Source: Octopus bimaculoides
Lineage: Eukaryota
DNA: 64,000 nucleotides
Direction: 5' to 3'
Assembly (NCBI RefSeq): GCF_001194135.2
Contig: NC_068994.1
Span: 41,168,814-41,232,813 of the forward strand
Below, one piece after another: positions 33,801-47,049 of this stretch; position 1 is the stretch's first letter, and each line of letters opens with the position of its first letter. Under the pieces are notes generated by a model. The model saw only the letters and a list, made by a program, of their open reading frames with translations. It made no database searches and was not told the DNA's origin. The translations under genes were made by a program, and so were the position numbers.

Positions 33801-36170
33801 TTGATGTTTCCATTCTGTTTGCATCTCACTATGTATTCTGGGAGTGGAACCTTTCCAGCTGTAGGCTAACTCATGCTGCTTGCAAGATTCTTGTTTTGAA
33901 TTAAAATCCTGTGAATATGAATCATTTGCTGCAGGTTGGTATAAATGTTCCTGTTGCTTCACCCCTTTAAGTGACTGTGATGAGGCATTTTTCCTCTGAT
34001 AACACAGAAAGTTTTTTTGTTGGTTAGTTCGTACAACACAAAGTGCTGTAATTACGACCATACTCACTGAGAGCGCAAGAGCCACAAATATCACAATTAG
34101 TACAAGATAGATGCGTACACTATGGGGCTCTTGCTGTAGAAACTTGCTTGAAAATGAAGAGGTAGCATTACTAACAGTCACTTTTAAAGATAAATTAGTC
34201 GATGTGGATAAAATAGGTGAGCCACTGTCTTTAGCAATGATTTGAAGGTGATACAATCCAGCATCTTTCTGGAATAGTTGTCGTGTAAAAGAGAGCACAC
34301 CAGAGTATTTGTCAAGCTGAAATAAATTCTTCTGATTACCTGCTGATATTTCATATTGAAGAAAGGCATTAATGTTAATATCATCATCCACAGCTCTGAG
34401 AACAGTTATGTTTCTGGATCCCCAAGAGTAAAAATAAACGTCCATAATAAAATTGGAGTGACGGGGGAAAATAAAGTAAGGAGTATTGTCATTTTGGTCC
34501 AAGACAGTTACAGTTGTATTTACAGTATTATTGAGAAATGGAATCCCATTATCTTTCACAAGTATTTGAAAATTATATTCTTCTTCTTCTTCTCGGTCTA
34601 AAGCATCTGTCGTTGAAATAAAACCAAAGTCAGAAATTTCAAAAGGCAGACGTACTCCCTTCTTTGATATCAAGAAATAGGACAATTGCCCTCCTGGGCC
34701 TAAATCTAAGTCATTTGCACTGACAAGTCCAATGGGGAAATTTGGCTTCTGATTTTCATGCACGGAAAATTTAAATTCATCTTTAGAAAATTGTGGTCTC
34801 ACATCATTGATGTCTTCTAGTTCTATAATAACTGACTTGTTTGTCTCTAAAGGAGGCGTTCCATGATCTCTACAAGAAATGGTGAAATTGACACTGACTT
34901 CCAGTTCTCGATCTATTGCTTCTTTGATAATCACTTTATATTTATTTGAACCTAAACTCACAAGTTCAAATTTCTTAGCTCTGAGATTACAATAAACTTC
35001 TCCATTTTTACCAGCATCATCATCTGTAATTTTAACAAATGCAATAAAGCTTCCAATTTCAATCGCTTCAGAAATATATACCTTTTCTTCCTTTTCTTTT
35101 GAGATGAAATTTATATCTATTTTTGGCGCCTTGTTTTGTTGGTTTATAATGTTTACCAGCATCAGTGCTATGGAACTAAGAGGTGGGTTACCTTGATCTG
35201 TAGCTTTGATGAAAAGCTTGCATGACTGGTTCAATTTAGAATTGAAATTTTCTGTGAAGAAAAGTTGACCTGTTTTTTCATTCAATTGAAAAAAAGATCT
35301 ATTTATCATTGAAGTTTTTGTACTGAAGTGGTAGGAAATTTTCCCATTGTCTCCAGAATCTTGATCAATAGCTGACAATGTGGCTATTGGTTTGCTCCAC
35401 TGATGCTTATATATAACAGTTATATTGTATACATTGTGAACAAAAGATGGGACATTGTCATTAATATCTTCCACTGTTATCAAAATTTCTAACTGGCTTT
35501 TCTGTGATGGAAATCCACTATCTTCTGCAATAATTTGAATTTTATATGAATCATTTTTCTCTCGATCAATTCTTTCTTTCAGTTTTATACCAAGAGTTGA
35601 TGTGCTATCTACATTTTCAGAAACTGTGAGTTCAAATGGATCACCTTCATGTTTTAGAAGTTTGTAATTAATCTGAGAGTTCAAAGTACCCACATCTTTG
35701 TCCACTGCATTGGGTATGTGTTTAGTGATGCCTTTCCCATCACCTTCAGAGAACTGAAGTAAAATTTGGTCCTTTAGGAACTCAGGCTTATGATCATTCA
35801 CATCACTTATTATAACTTTTATTTCTAATATCTTAATAAATGATTGTTGGAACCTCACTGCAACAACAATTATTCTAGAACATTCTTTATCATATTCACA
35901 AAGAATTTCTGCATCCAAAGGTTGAATGGCATAAAGTTTACCTGTTTGGGTGACATTGAACAGATGGGAATTTGCATTACCACCCTGTTGTAATTGGCTA
36001 AACCAAATCAATTTGTGCCTGTTTGAAAGGATTCCCTTTACAGACTGGATATCAGTGGCTACATCTCCCAGATACGTAATTGGATTATTCGTCTCCTTAA
36101 CATGGTAGATAAGATCAATGCACAATGTTGTGCATACAGCTGAGAGGATTAGAAATACTTGCTTTTGCAT
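33801..36170 (-). CDS. PCDH: Protocadherin, coding exon 1 (signal peptide, EC1-EC6, TM, start of cytoplasmic tail); family-level name only
   Basis: ORF 33780-36170 has an N-terminal hydrophobic signal. Cadherin motifs are DVNDHKPEF, IDRE, DINDNVPSF, DINDVRPQF, LDRE, DQNDNTPYF and several A-x-D-x-G-x-P-type motifs. EC1 has the LDAEILC...C cysteine pair, and the TM is aa ~687-713. The whole ectodomain plus TM lies in one exon, which is typical of protocadherins. The exon ends after codon 790 at CAA|GTAAGT (phase 0, intron starts at 33800). Confidence 0.97.
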
Positions 36171-36474
36171 CTTGATGTTCCTATGTAATACATCAACATG
36201 TCCTTTTTAAAAGAAAGGCTGTACAAACCACAATTCATGCTGGAATATAAAGCAAAAAGATTACAATTTTTCGCATCAAGCAATCTTTGAGTTTCTAGTT
36301 TCTTTTCATAGCATCTTGACTTAAGCAAACATTTTATGATTCAGCCATTTTGGATTCTTTGAATGAAGCAGTTCAACATATATATTTATGAGTGTGTTTG
36401 AGTGTGCATTTGTGTATGTGATTATTTATGCATGTATATATGTTTGTATGTAGGTATACATATATACATATAGA

Positions 36475-36771
36475 CAATGGCGAACTGGGTCTAAAAATGC
36501 TGGTTGCCAAGAGACTAAGGGGGCGTACCTGCAACTACAAGGTGGCTCACCTACAACTACAATGCTATCATTTAATTTTTTTTTTTTTTTTGTTAGAAAT
36601 ATTCTTTTCAACTGTCTACAAACACAGCCAGACTGAAATAATTAGTACATTCTTCCAGGAGTAAATAAAAAATTCTCAAACTTGAGGGGATGGGCCCCCA
36701 TATATGGATTCTAAAGGCTCAGGGGTCCACTTACCATCGGGCAAGCTGGCAACCTGGCCAGTCTGCCACTG
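36475..36771. mobile_element. hAT-type MITE about 300 bp upstream of the protocadherin ATG
   Basis: TIRs CAATGGCGAACTGG / CCAGTCTGCCACTG with an exact 8-bp TSD CATATAGA (36467-36474, 36772-36779). Confidence 0.88.
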
Positions 36772-36789
36772 CATATAGACATAATCTTT

Positions 36790-37175
36790 TATTCTTTTAC
36801 TTGTTTCAGCCTTGCTGGGGCACTGCCTTGAAGGACTTAGTCCAACAAATTGACTCCAGTATCTATTTTTAAGCCTGATATTTATTGGACTCTTTTTTGC
36901 TGAACTACTAAGTTATAAGGATGTAAACAAACCAACACTGGTTGTCAAGCAGTAATAGGGACAAACAGAAGCATAGACACCAACATACACGCACACATAT
37001 GCATACACACACACACATACACACATATATACAATGGGCTTCTTTCAGTTTCTGTCTTCCAAATCCACTTACAACACTTTGGTCAGACTGGGGCTATCGT
37101 AGAAGACACTTGCTCAAGGTACCACACAGTAGAACTGGACAAAGAATTATGGTTGGGTAGCAAACGTTTTACCAC
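36790..37175 (-). mobile_element. SINE family A, minus-strand copy
   Basis: TTCTTTTACTTGTTTCAG tail, central (CA)n, then the reverse complement of the head. Confidence 0.75.
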
Positions 37176-38224
37176 ACATTTACACACACACACACACATT
37201 TAAAATACATATTTTCAATATATATGTGTATCTATATATGTGTGCATATGTATGTATGCACTCACACACACATAGATGCACACACACACATGTACACACA
37301 CATGTACACATGCTCACACACACACACATACACACATATTCTTAAATATTTCTTTCATTACATTTACCAACTTTGAAAATTATATTTAGCCAACATCTTA
37401 TATTCTGATACATTGAAACAGATCAAGGATTATTTATGAAGTGAAAACAACAACAACAGCAACAACAACAACAAAAATAAAAACAACAACAACATTATAA
37501 GAGAGTCTAGTATATCAACAAACAATTCTTTATCAGAGGTGATATATTTTGTTTCAAAATTTACTTAATATATTACTGATTTATAAAATAATCTCACATA
37601 GATTTATATGATATCAGCAGTGTTATATAAATGATTTTAGATATTTTTTTTATGAATACTTACAACTGAGAGAAATGGAAAACGATTTCCATAGCAATCT
37701 GCTTTAAACTTAGTTGAGACTGAGTAGCTGCTGACGTTTGCTTTCCATTATTTTTATACGTACATAAATTTGGTGAGCTGGAAGAGTTGTTAGCATGCCA
37801 GACAAAATTAGTTGGTGGTATTTCATTTGTCCTTACATTTTGGATTCAAATTCCACCAAGGTAGACTTCACCTTTCATCCTGTCAGGGTTGATAAAATAA
37901 GAGGCAGTTGAGTTCTGGGCCTGATGTGAAGGCACGTGACTTAGTGGTTAGGGTGTTGGAGTTATGATCATAAGATTGTGATTTTAATTCCCGGACCGGG
38001 TAATGCATTGTGTTCTTCAGCAAAACACTTCATTTCACATTGCTCCATTCCACTCACCTGGCAAAAATGATTAACCTTGTGAGAGACCAGCAATACCATC
38101 CAGGTGGGGAATATATATGCCATGAAACCAGGAAACTGGCTCATATGTGTTGATATGACTTGTGAAGGTAACCTTACCTACTGGGGTAAATGTAATTAAC
38201 TATCCTTCCTTCTCACAAATTTTC

Positions 38225-38400
38225 AGGTGGTGAGCTGGCAGAATCATGAGCACCCTGGGCAAAATGCTCACTGGCATTTTGTCTGGCTTTACATTCCAAG
38301 TTCAAATTCTCTCAAGGTCCACTTTGCCTTTCATCTTTTTAGGGTTGATAAAATAAGTCCCCACCCCCAAATTTCAGGCCTTGTGCCTTTAGTAGAAAAG

Positions 38401-38441
<41 letters not shown>

Positions 38442-38720
38442 TGAAGGCAGTAAGCTGGCAGAATTGTTAGCACGCCAGGCATAATGCTTAGCAGCATTTT
38501 GTCTGGCGTTACATTCTGAGTTCAAATTCTGCTGAGCTTCACTTTGCCTTTCATCCTTTCAGGGTCGATAAAATAAGTAACAGTTGAACACTGGGCTTGA
38601 TCTAATCGACTATCCACACCACCAAATTTCAGATTTTGTGCCTGTGGTAGAAAGGGTTATTATTGAAGGGGGAAATTTGGCAGAATTGTTAGCACATGGG
38701 ACAAAATGCTTAGTGGCATT
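38225..38720 (+). mobile_element. Head-to-tail array of three family B SINEs
   Basis: Heads at ~38225, ~38445 and ~38668, separated by (ATT)n tails. Confidence 0.8.
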
Positions 38721-39399
38721 TCATTTGTTTTTTACATCATGAGTTCAATGTTAATATATGTCCTCTTAGGGTCCAGTTGAACACTGAGGTCAATCAACTA
38801 GCCCCTCCCACCAAATTTCAGGCTTGTGCTTATAATAAGAAGGATTATTTTTATACGCACGCATGCATTCAGCTTGGCCTACACACATACATGTTGCAAT
38901 CTGTTTTTGTTTGTGTGTGTGTGTGGTGTATGCAATTCAGTATCATCATGGCATTGGTTGAATGGGTTGATATGAACAAATGAGCCAGTGGACTGTACTG
39001 AGTCCCAATGATTACTTTGACATGGTTTCTACAGCTTGATGCTCTTCCTAATGACAGCCACTTCACAGAAATTACTAGGTGCTTTTCTTCGTGGTCCTAG
39101 AACTAGTGAGGCCACCAAGTGCCCATAAAAGATTAGACCCCTTCAGCTGTGTTGGGTACAATATTGAATGTGAAGAATGTATGCTAGAGGGACAGGAACA
39201 GGTGTTTTGTTGAAAAGGTGAGTAATGGCTTAACCATCTGGAAAGATATATATATATATATAGATAGATAGATAGAGAGAGAGAAACAGACAGACAGACA
39301 GTTAGACAGATAGACAAATAAACCAAAAAAGCCAACAATTTGTTTTGACCTATATACATCTTTTGATATATAAACAATTCAATTCCCTTATATATAAGC

Positions 39400-40270
39400 C
39401 TCATCAGGGCATTTGGTGTGTTGATAGATGAAATTCCATGTGAAAGAATTCTTGGCTTGTAAAAAAATTAATACAGTATCACGGATGTTAAAAAAAATGA
39501 TGAGCATGCAACTGATTGTGCTGCAGCTCTGTCGTGCATTCTTCGGTCATGGAGATGAAGGGTTTTTCCATGGTGATAACTGCTGCTTTATCTCAGAGTC
39601 ATACCTGTACACTCAACTTTTCTCGCCACTCATGATCCTCACCATGAAGGATGAGTTATCAGTGGCACACTGGTGGAGATCTTGAGACACTGATGTGATG
39701 TTCTTTCTGCTCAATGGTCAAGTGGGGAACAAACTTGGCAGAAACACTCTGTATGTTCAATTCAGATGATAGAATTGCCTGCATGGCCTGATATAATAGA
39801 TCAACAACATCAACAATGTCATTGATTGTCCTCTGACAATCCTCATGTACAAGCTGATGAATTTTATTCCCATTTCCAGGGGTGACCCCCGTGGCAGATC
39901 TTCCAGATCACTGATCATCTTCCAGGGATGCACCTATGCCACTCAAATCATTGCGTACAACCCATTGCCTCATCACCGTAATCTTGCTGAAGCATGTTCA
40001 ATGTCTCTGTAGCAGACTTCCCAAGTTTAACACAAAATTTCATGTTGGCTCTTCATTCGAGCTTCCTGTCCATGACAAAATCACTGACTACAGCATACGT
40101 GTGATCACAAAAACAGAAATTTCAAAACTTGCAAAGTAAACACAGCAATGTCACACAGCAAACTGCCTCATGAAGGTCATTGCTAGCTCTCACTGCACAC
40201 ACAACCATGTGCTGCCATCTGTTGGCAGAACTACAGAACTAGTCTGGGAACTTTTTGATACCATCTCGTA
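39400..40270 (-). mobile_element. Mariner transposon, 5' part with TIR; transposase pseudogene
   Basis: TIR (TA)CGAGATGGTATCAAAAAGTTCCCAGACT at 40241-40270. The minus-strand translation RIMSGEKS*VYRYDSEIKQQLSPWKNPSSP*PKNARQS...MLIIF resembles mariner TGDETWVYxYDPETKQQSxQWKxPxSPRPKKARQ. Confidence 0.85.
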
Positions 40271-41088
40271 ATTTATTTGACTTTACAAACTTTCTGTATT
40301 TACCATTTGTCAACACAACCATCATTAGTTTCCTCAGCTTCTACAGTTTCACTTTAGCAATTATATTTTGGCTAAGATTTCTATTGATTTCTATAGTCTT
40401 TCTGTATCAGTTCATATTTCCTTAATACAAACTGAATGTTTTACTAATCATAATTTCAACAGAAAGCACCAAACACTGAAATTTGTTGGTAAAAAGTTGA
40501 ATTCTAAATATAGATAAATAATAATTAACAATTTCTGTTTTCTCAAATTGTGTCTGGGAATGCACTTTGTTAGAACATTGTACAATTTTTCTTTTACATC
40601 TTGTATATAATTGGAAGTTTTGTATTTTGAAAATGATTAATGAAAGGTCAGAATCTCTGTCATTATTCATTAAAAAGAATTGTTTTACTAAAATATCTTT
40701 AAGCTTGTAGTTTTTAATGTCAGTTTCTAAGTATGACAAAAGCAAAGCTTTTGATGGTATCAGTAAACAAACTATTAATAGAGACAATATCGTATGGGAA
40801 CTTATGAAGACAGGCTTTGACTCTAACATCACCATTGTTATAATCATTATCCTCATCATCATCATTATTATTGTCGTCATCATTGTAGCATCTATTTTCC
40901 CATGATTGCACGAGTCAGATGTGGCTACACTGAGGCAGAATTTTTTACATCTGGATGTGCTTTCTTGTGTCAACCCTCGCTACTTTGTTTCCAAGCAAGG
41001 AAACAATCCTCTAATCTATTGAAGAACAAACAGCTTGGACATGATTATGCAAAAATACAATAATAATTGACATTTTTCAATGTGTGTC

Positions 41089-41126
<38 letters not shown>

Positions 41127-41413
41127 NNNNNNNNNNNNNNNNNNNNNNNNNNNNNNNNNNNNNNNNNNNNNNNNNNNNNNNNNNNNNNNNNNNNNNNNNN
41201 NNNNNNNNNNNNNNNNNNNNNNNNNNNNNNNNNNNNNNNNNNNNNNNNNNNNNNNNNNNNNNNNNNNNNNNNNNNNNNNNNNNNNNNNNNNNNNNNNNNN
41301 NNNNNNNNNNNNNNNNNNNNNNNNNNNNNNNNNNNNNNNNNNNNNNNNNNNNNNNNNNNNNNNNNNNNNNNNNNNNNNNNNNNNNNNNNNNNNNNNNNNN
41401 NNNNNNNNNNNNN

Positions 41414-41456
<43 letters not shown>

Positions 41457-41789
41457 ATATATATGCATATATATCTATGTATGTCCATACATATATGTGT
41501 GTGTGTTTATGCATGTCTTCATTGTCCTCTTCACTGTTTGACAACTGGTGTAGGTTTGTTTACATCGTTACATCCTTGCAACTTAGCAGTTTTGCATAAG
41601 AGACAAATAGAAGTACCAAACTTAACAAAACGAAAAATGTTAGGGTTGATCTGATCAACAAAACCTTTCAAAGTAGTACCCCAGAATGACTAGAGTCCAA
41701 TAACTGAGACAAGGAAAACGAAAGAAAAGAAGAATAAATGAATACCAATCTATCTCATATCTAAGGAAATATTGGTTTCACATTTTGGC

Positions 41790-42590
41790 ACAAAGCCAAC
41801 AATTATGATGGAGGGATAAGTTGATTACATCAAACCCAGTGATCAACTGCTACCTATTCTATTGACCCTGAAAAGACAAAAGTAAAATCGACCTTGGCAG
41901 AATTTGAACTCAGAACATAAAGATGGATGAAATGTTGCTAAGCATTTTGCTAGTGATCCTGCTGGCTCACCACCATAATCCAAGTAAATATTACAAGGGA
42001 AACCTGAGACCCAAGCTATAGCATTTTGGTTACTCTTCCATCGACCTTGGCAAGATTTGAACTCAGAACATAAAGAAGGATGAAATGCTGCTAAGCATTT
42101 TACTTGACATGTTAGCATTTCTTATTTCTTTATTGCCCACAAGGGGCTAAACATAGAGGGGACAAACAAGGACATACAAAGGGATTAAGTCGATTACATC
42201 GACACCAGTGCGTAACTGGTACTTAATTTATCGACCCCTAAAGGATGAAAGGCAAAGTCGACCTCGGCAGAATTTGAACTCAAAACGTAATGGCAGACAA
42301 AATACAGCTAAGCATTTCGCCCGGCATGTTAATGTTTCTGCTAGCTCGCTACGTTAATCTAAGTAAATAGTACAAAGAAAACATCACACCCAAGCAATAG
42401 CATCCGGTTGCTCTTCCATCAACCTTGGCAAAATTTGATCTCAGATTATAAAGATGGTTGAAATGCCGCTAAGCATTTTACCTGGCATGCTAACGTTTCT
42501 GCCAGCTCGACACCTTAATCTATGTAAATATTACAAAGAAAACATGAGGCTTAAACTGTAGTGTCCCTGTTACTCTTCCATTCATCCCTT
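41790..42590 (-). mobile_element. Tandem/nested array of family B SINE heads with a repeated flank
   Basis: Four head-containing segments; the flank AATC.AAGTAAATA.TACAA.GAAA...G.T.CTCTTCCAT recurs near 41977, 42356 and 42517. Confidence 0.75.
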
Positions 42591-43312
42591 TCATTTATGT
42601 TCTAACATAAAACTTATAATCTCCTTTCTTAAATTTCATTAATAAGCAATCAAATCATGTGGAAGTATAATTCATGATATATTAATGCATGTGATTGAGT
42701 ATGTGTGCATGTGTACGTTTTCAATTTAGTGTTGAAATAAATTATCCTCTATCCATTCAAGGATTCATACAGGGAAATTTATTGATCTCTATTTATTCTT
42801 CTATAACATATTCTAATGATTTAGACATCTATATGCATACTGTAAGGATGGATATATATTTATACTGTAAGCCAATGACAGTTAGCTGATTTCTTGATAA
42901 ATAGTACCAAAAATAGAAATGATAAATGTGATGTTCATGCTTTTACCACATATATGTTGTACAAGTGTAGTGACATAGCTTTAGCTGGGAATTGAAACTT
43001 TATCGTACCCTTACTTTTATTTTATTATAGTTGTTTATTTTTATGTATTTATTTTATATTATACATCATAATTTGTGAACAAAATTAGAGTGCTTGGTTA
43101 TAAGACATTTTCAGTCACTGGTCCAGAGTATTTCCTGATGGCAGAAAAGACAACGGAGTGTCTGTAACTCGATTCTGAACAAATATTGCAAGGGATTTCA
43201 TTCATGAAGCACTGATTTCTTTTTTTTCCACTGATGTTTATGTCTTTTCATGGTGGATATCAGCAAAATACACAAATACATATGCACACATGCTTCTGTG
43301 TGTGTCTATGCA

Positions 43313-43354
<42 letters not shown>

Positions 43355-46003
43355 CATATTTATATATATGTGTGTGTGTATGTATATATATTTAATAGTC
43401 AATATAAATGTTTCTTAGTTTGTTGATTTTGTTGTCTAGAGACAGGGATAAAGAGTAAAAGAGAGATACAGAGAGTTAACATAAAAATTGTTGGATGAGT
43501 GCACATACTTGGCTTGGTGGCAGGTAATGCGGAAAGAACACTTGCACACATAATATATATTCTAGAAACAAAAGTTATTTAAAAAGTAGAGGGAATAAAA
43601 GGAAGGGAAGAAAGAGAAAGAAAGACAGTAGAAAGACTGTGATAGGTAGAGGAGAGAAAATAGGGGAGACAGAGACTAAGGGAGAATGTAATAGAGAGGT
43701 TGTTAGAGGAGGGGAGGCAATCAACTTCAAGCATATTATGGAAGAAATTAAAGCATGTCATACTTGAAAAGTTATCTAGAAAACAAGGAAAATGGGGTAA
43801 TAAAACCACATTCATTAATTTAAAAAGTCTTTAAAGAGTTTACTGTTAAATGAGATTTCACAGAAGCATATAAATGTAAGTAAAAATGTTTTCAAATCGT
43901 CATCGTCGTCGTTGTTGATGTGAGTTTATATGAGTGCATGTGAGTGTGGGCGTGTGTATGTTTTGTAATTGTTGTACAAGCAGTGTTATTCGTTTCTGAT
44001 ATTTTACCAGAACATGTCTGTTCATAGAGAATTTACCTCAATAAATTTTGCCCAGCCCATGAAAACATGAACAAGTGAATGTGAAAACAACGATAATGAA
44101 GCTAAGTTCTTCCAAATAGTTCTTGTCAACCAAATTCCTCTCTCAAATTATTGATCAATCAGAGGTTATGGCAAAAGACATTTACCCAAGTTTTCTGCTG
44201 TAAGACTAAATCTGGAAACATACTTCTTAACCTTTCTGCCATGATTCTACTGCACTTGCCATACGTCTGTGCAAGTGTATTCTTGCATATATTAATGCAT
44301 AAAATTGTAACTCATATATTCCTGTTTTGAACCTATACAACCGTGTTTTCCCTGCAAAAAAGGCAAGTAAATATTTTTCTTCATGCAATTGTTGTTGTCA
44401 TCTATCTTCAAAAATATATGAAACCAGCCATTCTACTGTTTAATTCACCTGCACAGCTCTCATCTAATGTCTACACTCATTTCTATCTTCCTTAGTAAAT
44501 TTCTCTTCTCTGTCATCTCTAATTAGTAAGCTGACAGCTAGGTGGTACCTTTGAAGAAGAAAAAAATTCTGTAGAAAAGCCAGAGGAATCCTCGAAGTTT
44601 AGATTGAAATATCAACAGATCAAAGGGCAGAAATTATTTACAAACTATGTCTAGTGTTTCTCAAAATAAAGTTGTTTATCAATAGTTTGACTATGTTTTA
44701 ACAGTATTTGGCATTTGATATTTTGCTACAGTAATTCTATTTATTTCATGGATATATGTTTGTGTTTGTATTGCATGTATGTTTGTATTGTATATGAAAT
44801 TGCATCTACTGTGGTATATGAATATTTATTGTATGAGTTGTTATGTAATGTACCGTATATCATAAAGATTCAAAGCAAAGCTAGGAATCCATTTTCATAA
44901 ATATGATGAATGAATAATGTGTTGCACATATACATGTGGTATTGTATATGCAATTACATATATTATTAATATGTGTGTTCCAGCTGTTTATCAGTTGTTA
45001 ACATATTACAAGGCATTATTCAGTGTTGTGCTGCTGCTCATTTCTTAGTAAATAGAAAACTGGTGTTTTGATTCCTGCTGTATCTATAGAACAAAAACAT
45101 TCTGACATCCTATATCTTACTCCTATTATTCTAATGTTTTGTTTTCTGCCAAATATTTTGTTATACAATAATGTTATTTTTGTTGTTGTTTAATCCCAGG
45201 TATGAACTGATAGAACGAAATTTTGATCAGAAGCATTCCAGCCTTGATCATTTTGGCTTTTAATTTAGTTATTTCAAAGACTACATTGTCCAGTGTGTTT
45301 CCTGGTTAAGATGGTAGAAAGTTTTTTGAAGCGTGTTTGATTGTTATTTCTAACAGTAAGCTTAGTGGTGTTGCATGCTCAGGAGATAGCAGAGCCATTA
45401 TACTGAGGGTAGCAAACTGGTATCGTTCTTAGACCACCAGTAGAAATGCTGTGCAGTATTTCTTCTGATTCTCTACACACTTCATTTAAACTCTGCAGAG
45501 ATCACCTTTGCTTTTCATCCACAGGGATCAATAAGCTTAAATGCCATTTAAGTATAGCAGCTGATGTACTTGACTAACACCTTCCCTCAAAATTTACTGG
45601 CCTAGTACCTAAATTAAAAGCAGCTATTATGTGATAATTTTGCTATACATCTTCAGAACTCACCAATTAAAATTGTAGGAAGATCTGTTCAGTTAAGAAG
45701 TTTGATTTGAAGCCATGTGACTTTCGGTTTGAGTAGGTGTAGTCTATTTATACAATAGACACTTTGAGTAGATGTATTCTACAATACACATAGACCAATT
45801 AGAGTTGTGTGAGTGAATTTGAAAGAGAGAAACTGTGTGGAAGCCGATCATTTCTCTTTCTCTCATTTTCTTCCTCCCTCCCCTTTCTCTCATTATCACT
45901 CACATATATATATTTGTATGTTTGTGTGCGTGAATGTGTATAATTATATTTATATTTATGTAGTATTTGTATGTATATATATGGAAGAGGGCAAAAATAT
46001 ATG

Positions 46004-46035
<32 letters not shown>

Positions 46036-47049
46036 CGTGTGTGTGTGTGTGTGTATGTGTGTGTGTGCATGTGTGCATAATTATACATATATATGTGTAT
46101 ATTTTATTTTCTCTGTTTATTTCCTCATATTCCTTTCTGTTGAAGAGCGTAGGCTCAAAACATATAAGACTTACTCACTTTCGTGTGTTAAACTAATACA
46201 CCTGCTTGTTGTTCATACNNNNNNNNNNNNNNNNNNNNNNNNNNNNNNNNNNNNNNNNNNNNNNNNNNNNNNNNNNNNNNNNNNNNNNNNNNNNNNNNNN
46301 NNNNNNNNNNNNNNNNNNNNNNNNNNNNNNNNNNNNNNNNNNNNNNNNNNNNNNNNNNNNNNNNNNNNNNNNNNNNNNNNNNNNNNNNNNNNNNNNNNNN
46401 NNNNNNNNNNNNNNNNNNNNNNNNNNNNNNNNNNNNNNNNNNNNNNNNNNNNNNNNNNNNNNNNNNNNNNNNNNNNNNNNNNNNNNNNNNNNNNNNNNNN
46501 NNNNNNNNNNNNNNNNNNNNNNNNNNNNNNNNNNNNNNNNNNNNNNNNNNNNNNNNNNNNNNNNNNNNNNNNNNNNNNNNNACAAATATAAAATATTAAA
46601 AATGATATTAATATTTCCGAATATTAAACAAAATCAAAATTACTATAACCACGTATTATTTGAAGTTGGATTTAAAGATAAAATTTGCTATATCCAGAAT
46701 TAAAAGAACAATAAAATTCCTGGAAATGATAGAATATTAGATAAGCTGGAACTTGATAGGGAGTATGATAAAAATAGAAATATAGATAGAAGTAAATGCA
46801 TTAAGCAATCTTTTTTTTAAACTAGACTAAATTAAAACAAGAAGGTAATGATACAAGTGTGATAGTTGAAAAACCAAGTATTGAAGATGAACATATTAAA
46901 AAGTATAGATCTAACTCAGTAGATACTGAATATACGGTTGATATTAATAATAATAATAATGATAATAATAATAATATTCCAAGATTAAAGTTACTCTTCA
47001 CGAAGGTAAAGAAACAAGAAGAGCGCGACTGTTATTGGTAATAAATAGA

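Noticed and set aside
33780-36170. Single-exon 796-aa protocadherin as the main gene model
   Set aside because: A perfect donor 7 codons before the stop, plus two phase-matched downstream exons, favours the spliced 920-aa model. The single-exon form is kept only as a possible isoform.
40422-40973. 183-aa minus-strand ORF, the longest non-cadherin, gap-free ORF
   Set aside because: Begins in a SINE tail and (GAT)n repeat; the rest is AT-rich with no recognisable domain or splice support.
46582-47041. AT-rich, Lys/Asn/Asp-rich coding-like stretch after a gap
   Set aside because: Several stops, an (AAT)n tract and no motif; cannot be assigned.
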